Source of the DNA: Zootoca vivipara
Taxonomy: Eukaryota
Direction: 5' to 3'
Length of the DNA: 64,000 bases
NCBI RefSeq assembly: GCF_963506605.1
Contig: NC_083276.1
Coordinates: 124,558,001-124,622,000 of the forward strand
The notes under the pieces are model-generated. The model saw only the letters and a list, made by a program, of their open reading frames with translations. It was not told the origin of the DNA and did not search any database. Positions 59,301 through 64,000 of this stretch are shown here, piece by piece (position 1 is the first letter of the stretch; every line of letters starts with the position of its first letter). The translations under genes and the position numbers were made by a program.

Positions 59301-61920
59301 GCTCTGTCTGTATGGTCAGAAGCAGTATTATTTTGAATACCCATTGCCGGAAACCACAGAAGGAGAGAGGGCTCTTGTGCTTGGATCCTGCTTGTGTGCT
59401 TCCCGCAGGTATCTGGTTGGCCTCTGTGAGAACAGGGTGCTGGACTAGGTGGGCCATTGGCCTCATCCAGCAGGCTCTTCCTGTGTTTTTTTAATGAGAG
59501 ACTAGCATTTCTGTGCAAAGAAAAATTGTAATATTGGTAGAAAAATGCAAAAATCTGTTGGCATGGTTGCATGTAAGGTATTCTACTTCCTGACTTGCTA
59601 TTTTGCAGGGGGAATTCGATTGCATGTAGCAAATTTGGGTTGGGAAATTAAAGTGTATTTGGTACTCTTGTGCAACAAACCCTCCTCCCTCTAAATGGCG
59701 CTTCTTGTAGCAAGGAAAGTGTTGGGAAGATGCACTGGAAAATGTAGGGTTACAATTGCTTGATGTGATGTACTAGAATTTCCACACAAATCAGTATCAA
59801 TTAATCGTGTATAACCTCAATAAATTTCGTGCAAACAAATCAAAATGAATGATAACCTGGTCATCTGTAAGTACCCTAAGTCTGGGAAAAGTTTGCTGGT
59901 TTAATCAAGCTTGTTAATGTTATGTGATCACAACAACTGTTGGTATTCATTTCTGTTGAACAAAAAGTCCCATTCTGTTTTAGTGTGGACAGATGTACCT
60001 CGGAGTCCTATTACCTAAATAAACTTTGTAAGCTTCCATTTTTGATCTTTTACTTGAAACCGCCCACAAGTGTTTGGCGTGTTAAGCAGAGGGTGGTTAT
60101 AGAGTCAAATGTTTCGGAGGAGGAATGAAATATGTAATGTTGATACCTTTTCCCATCTCGGTCAACCTTGATCCTACTGTGGCTATAATCCCAGGAACTA
60201 CTCAACATGGATAGGTAGTTTCAAGTCAAAGAATTGGGGAGGCTAGCTGTTCTGGACAGGGTTGCACTGCCTTTGAAGGAACAGGTGCATAACCTGGAGA
60301 TGCTCCTAGAGCTGTCTTTGGAGGTTCAAGTGGCTTCCACAAGCAGTGCCTTTTACTATCTCTGGCTGATTTGCCAGCTATTGCCATCCCTGGACATGGA
60401 GAGCCTTGACACAGTGATCCAAACACTGCTGGTAACAGGGCCATAGCTAGGGGGTGGTAAGGTGAGCCCCTGCCAGGGGCGCAGGCAAGGGGGCGCACAA
60501 AATCAGCTTCCAAGACCCTCCGCTGGCCAGCACCCTGTCCAGCTAGCACTCCCTGCCTGCGGCCAAGCAGGACAAGGAAGAGGGCCCACACCAACTTCAA
60601 AGCTTACCTACTCCGGAGTCACTCCCTCCCTCAAGGGTGCCAACTTGAATAAAATATATTGGGGGGGGGCAGGTAAGCCCCGCCCTGTATAATTGACCAC
60701 AAGATGAAGCACATGGACACTATTTGATTGACAATGGCCATTAACTGGGAGGGGGGCCCTCAAATATTTTTTGGGGGGTGTGAAGCAACCTTGGCCCCAA
60801 GGAGTTGGCTCCCATGCCCTTCTCCCTATTAAAGTGGGGTGCTCCCCACTTTATGCAATTTCACTTATGCAGGCAGAGCCCCGGAACGTAACCCACGCGT
60901 AAGTGGGGAGACGGCTATACAGTATACCGTCATCTAGGTCAGCCTTCCCCATCTTGGTGTCCTTCAATCAGAACTCATTACAAAAAAAGAATTCACTACA
61001 AGGTGAAGGGGGGGTGTTGGAGGAGAGGCATAAAGAAGAGCTAATTTGTTCATGGCTAGGGGGCGGAATCGGGTCGGTTCTGCCAGGGGTGCAAAATAAC
61101 CTACGGCTCTGGCTGTTAACCTTCGGATTGGAAAATTGTAATGTACTCTGTGTGGACTGTCCTTGAAGTAGATTCAGAAGCTATAATTAGTGCAGAATGT
61201 AGCTGCTAGGCCTCAACTTGGGAGTGGCCTGCTGCAAACACTTTTTTAGAATTGCACTAGCTACCTATACGTACCAAGCGTGCTTGGTACTGGTTCTCCA
61301 GCTTTGGCCATTCCTGGACCGGTGATTCACACATGGGTAACTTCAAGTCTGATCTACTGTAATGTGTTCTGTGTGGAGGTGCCATTGCAGAACAGTATGA
61401 AGAATGCAGCAGGTAGGCTTTTCATCGGTATGACCTTCCGCAAACAATTCTGAAAGAACTGCACTCGCTGCTTGCTTGCTTCAAGTTACTTGCATTGGCT
61501 TAAAAAGCCTATACAGTTTGGGGCCTGGACACCTGACAGAATTCCTGTTCCTGTACTGACTTGCACATTGTCAAGATCTGCCAGTCTTGCCATCCTTAGG
61601 TAAGCCCCACTTCTATGGCAATGTGAGGGAAGAGCCTTCTCGTTAGTGGCACTCCACTTTTCGAGCTCCTTTCCCTCTGAAATTCCGCTGGCACCTCCTC
61701 TTTTGACCTTTCAGTGCCCTATTCAATTGAAAAGGGAGACCAGTACAGAATGGCATACTCGCTTAGGAGGTTTACAATGGTTTCTGTGTCAACCAGTTCT
61801 TTTGCTTTTCTAAAACAAAACCTTAGATACAAAAGCATCTGCCACCTGCAAGAAACCTTAATTTATTACCACCATCCATTAAATTCATGATTAGAGCCAC
61901 TCTGGCTCCTCCTCTTCGCC

Positions 61921-61927
61921 TATATAA
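61921..61927 (+). promoter_or_regulatory. TATA box of the second AOX gene
   Basis: TATATAA about 125 nt upstream of ATG 62048. Confidence 0.55.
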
Positions 61928-62047
61928 TTTGTTGCTCGGTTCTGGGCAACACAGACCAAAGTGGTGGTGGAAGCAACTGTAGAATCTTTTTTTTTCTCCT
62001 GGTGCTTAATATCTGACAACTTTCAAGGTGTGCTTTCATATGGCAGA

Positions 62048-62101
62048 ATGGCTAATCCCCAACAATCGGATGAGCTCATTTTTTTTGTGAACGGAAGGAA
62101 G
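62048..62101 (+). CDS. Second tandem aldehyde oxidase paralog, exon 1 (MANPQQSDELIFFVNGRK)
   Basis: SDELIFFVNGRK N-terminal motif; strong Kozak agaATGG; donor gtaagg. Confidence 0.9.
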
Positions 62102-63552
62102 GTAAGGATTTCTTTTAGTACTTTAGTGTGTTTTTAAAAGGGGGGGAGGACAAGGGGCACATTCTTGTATCTACAAAGAATATTTGAAATGTTCTCTAGA
62201 TGTTATTCATGACCTTACAAATTACACATCTTTCCCCTGCAATCTTCTGTCATTTCAACGTCATTGTTTACAAGTTAGGACTTTCTTTCTCTGTCTCATT
62301 GACCATCATTGACTGGAGTTGTCAACTATGTTTATTTCACATTACTAAATTAAACTTTGCAGAAACTTCCTCTAGTGTTTGAATGCCTAGGTCTTATGAA
62401 AATGAATGAGGATGGAGCAACAGCTGACAGAGCTATGCTGTTGGAAATGGATTAAGCTATTATTATAGCTATAAGCTATAGTAATCGGTTGCAATACCAT
62501 ATCGCCAAACTTTAAAAAATGAAAATACGACAAGAGTTCACTGTGAGTGCCCTACAACAATCTGAAATAAAAAGGACATTCAATGAAAGGTTCCCTAATG
62601 AAATATAATCAAATAACATTAATATCCCTTCCTGCTAAAAAAAGAGAGAGGTATGCGTGCAATTTAACGCTTAAAATGCACCCATGTGTTTACTTTCTCG
62701 TGTTTTCTCCACTTGAGAACAAAGACAATAAAACATCTGCATATTTACAGATATTTCACCCAGAGAGGACGAGGAAATGATTAAAATACATGTGTCATGT
62801 TTCTTAGCAACTTGAATTCTGCAGTTATTTCAAATAGGAAGAAAACTGCATGCACTAATTGTGCTTTGTATACTTTCAACTATAAGTCTAGTTAACTATA
62901 AAAGAGGCACTTTGATTTCAGTGGGAGAGAGTTAAGCACATTTGAAATTGTCCTATTGAAATTGGCAGTGTTTAAAAGTGGTTACAAGGCTAGATTAAAT
63001 TCTCACACTTCCTGGATCCAGGAATTACAGGTGTCTGGCACCCACAAATTCATAACGGCATTCATCCATTCATGTATTTTATTACTCTTCTGCTTTGTTC
63101 TCCTCCTCTACAAATACATCATAGTTAAGCAGAGCTTCCAAAAGAGAAAAAAGAAAAAAAATTACAAACCTTATATGCTGGATCCAAATAAAACTAAATG
63201 CAAATAAGGGAGAAGGATTTGGATTCCAAATATTTTTGAAGTTTCTTCAGTATCCAAGTTCTCCCCAAAATGGTTCCCGTCATAAATCAAGGCATAAATC
63301 AATATTTCAAAAGATGCGATGGGAGCACTCTAGATGCAGAGTAAATGCCTGGAATGCCACCAACCCAAGTAGCTGAACTTGCGTTCCTATTTCCCTGTGC
63401 TTTGATAAGACCTGCATTGTTGTATGTGAATAAGAGAAACTGAAGAAAAACAGCATGTGATATTAATTCCTCTCATCAAAAGCGTAGGTAATCCTCTTAA
63501 GCAAGGTGTATTTTTAGGTTTCTCTAGTCTCTCCCTTTCCTTTCTAATGCAG

Positions 63553-63610
63553 GTGATAGAGAAAAGTGCCGATCCTGAAGAACTGCTGCTTAATTACCTG
63601 AGAAAGGGGC
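63553..63610 (+). CDS. Second AOX paralog, exon 2 (VIEKSADPEELLLNYLRKG); gene continues past the window
   Basis: 58 nt, same size as exon 2 of the first gene; U12 donor GTATCCTTT at 63611. Confidence 0.9.
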
Positions 63611-63746
63611 GTATCCTTTTAAAGCTCTTGCGTTGCATAACTATTCTGTTACCGATTTGAAAAGTTTATTGAGATGTATCCTGGGGCTCCCAAGTTCAAT
63701 CAAGTGTGTGCAGAAGATGATGTGTGCAGAACTAGGTATAGTTATA

Positions 63747-63978
63747 CCGTGTTTCTCATATTATAAGACATGTCTTATATTTATTTTTTCCTCAAAAAAA
63801 CACACTATGGCTTATTTTCAAGGGATGTCTTATTTTTTTCCTCCTCCTGCCGCAGCCGGCATTGCTGCTGTGCCTATCACTATGTCTTATTTTCGGGGTA
63901 TGGCTTATATTCCTTGAATGCTTAAAAATCCTGCTATGGCTTATTTTATGGGTATGTCTTAAAATATGAGAAACAGGG
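63747..63978. mobile_element. Tc1/mariner-pogo-type MITE (CCGTGTTT family, longer variant)
   Basis: TA|CCGTGTTTCTCATA...TATGAGAAACAGGG|TA. Confidence 0.8.
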
Positions 63979-64000
63979 TAGGTATAGAACTAGCACTATA

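Overview
Vertebrate genomic DNA, most likely from a squamate lizard (inferred from Sauria SINE, BovB/RTE, L2 and tRNA-SINE content). The window holds a complete, apparently intact 35-exon aldehyde oxidase gene on the + strand. It is AOX1-like, runs from ATG 3203 to TGA 56655, and the hand-spliced CDS is 4047 nt (1348 aa) with no internal stops and GT-AG at every intron. Introns 2 and 3 are U12-type (minor spliceosome). Exons 1-2 of a tandem AOX paralog follow at 62048-63610. The introns are dense in transposable elements: a full-length, very young Ty1/Copia element in intron 9 (407-bp LTRs differing at 2 nt, intact gag-pol), a second decayed Copia, two solo LTRs, BovB fragments, a bipartite Bov-A-like element, L2/CR1/Rex fragments, SINEs, and many hAT and Tc1/mariner-type MITEs. 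The most unusual signal is a 635-bp insertion in intron 30 with a 15-bp TSD. It has a perfect 136-bp inverted repeat enclosing a sense-strand hammerhead ribozyme core (Penelope/retrozyme-like). A second, minimal hammerhead lies in intron 22. Coordinates were read by hand, and repeat family names come from recalled motifs, not database searches.
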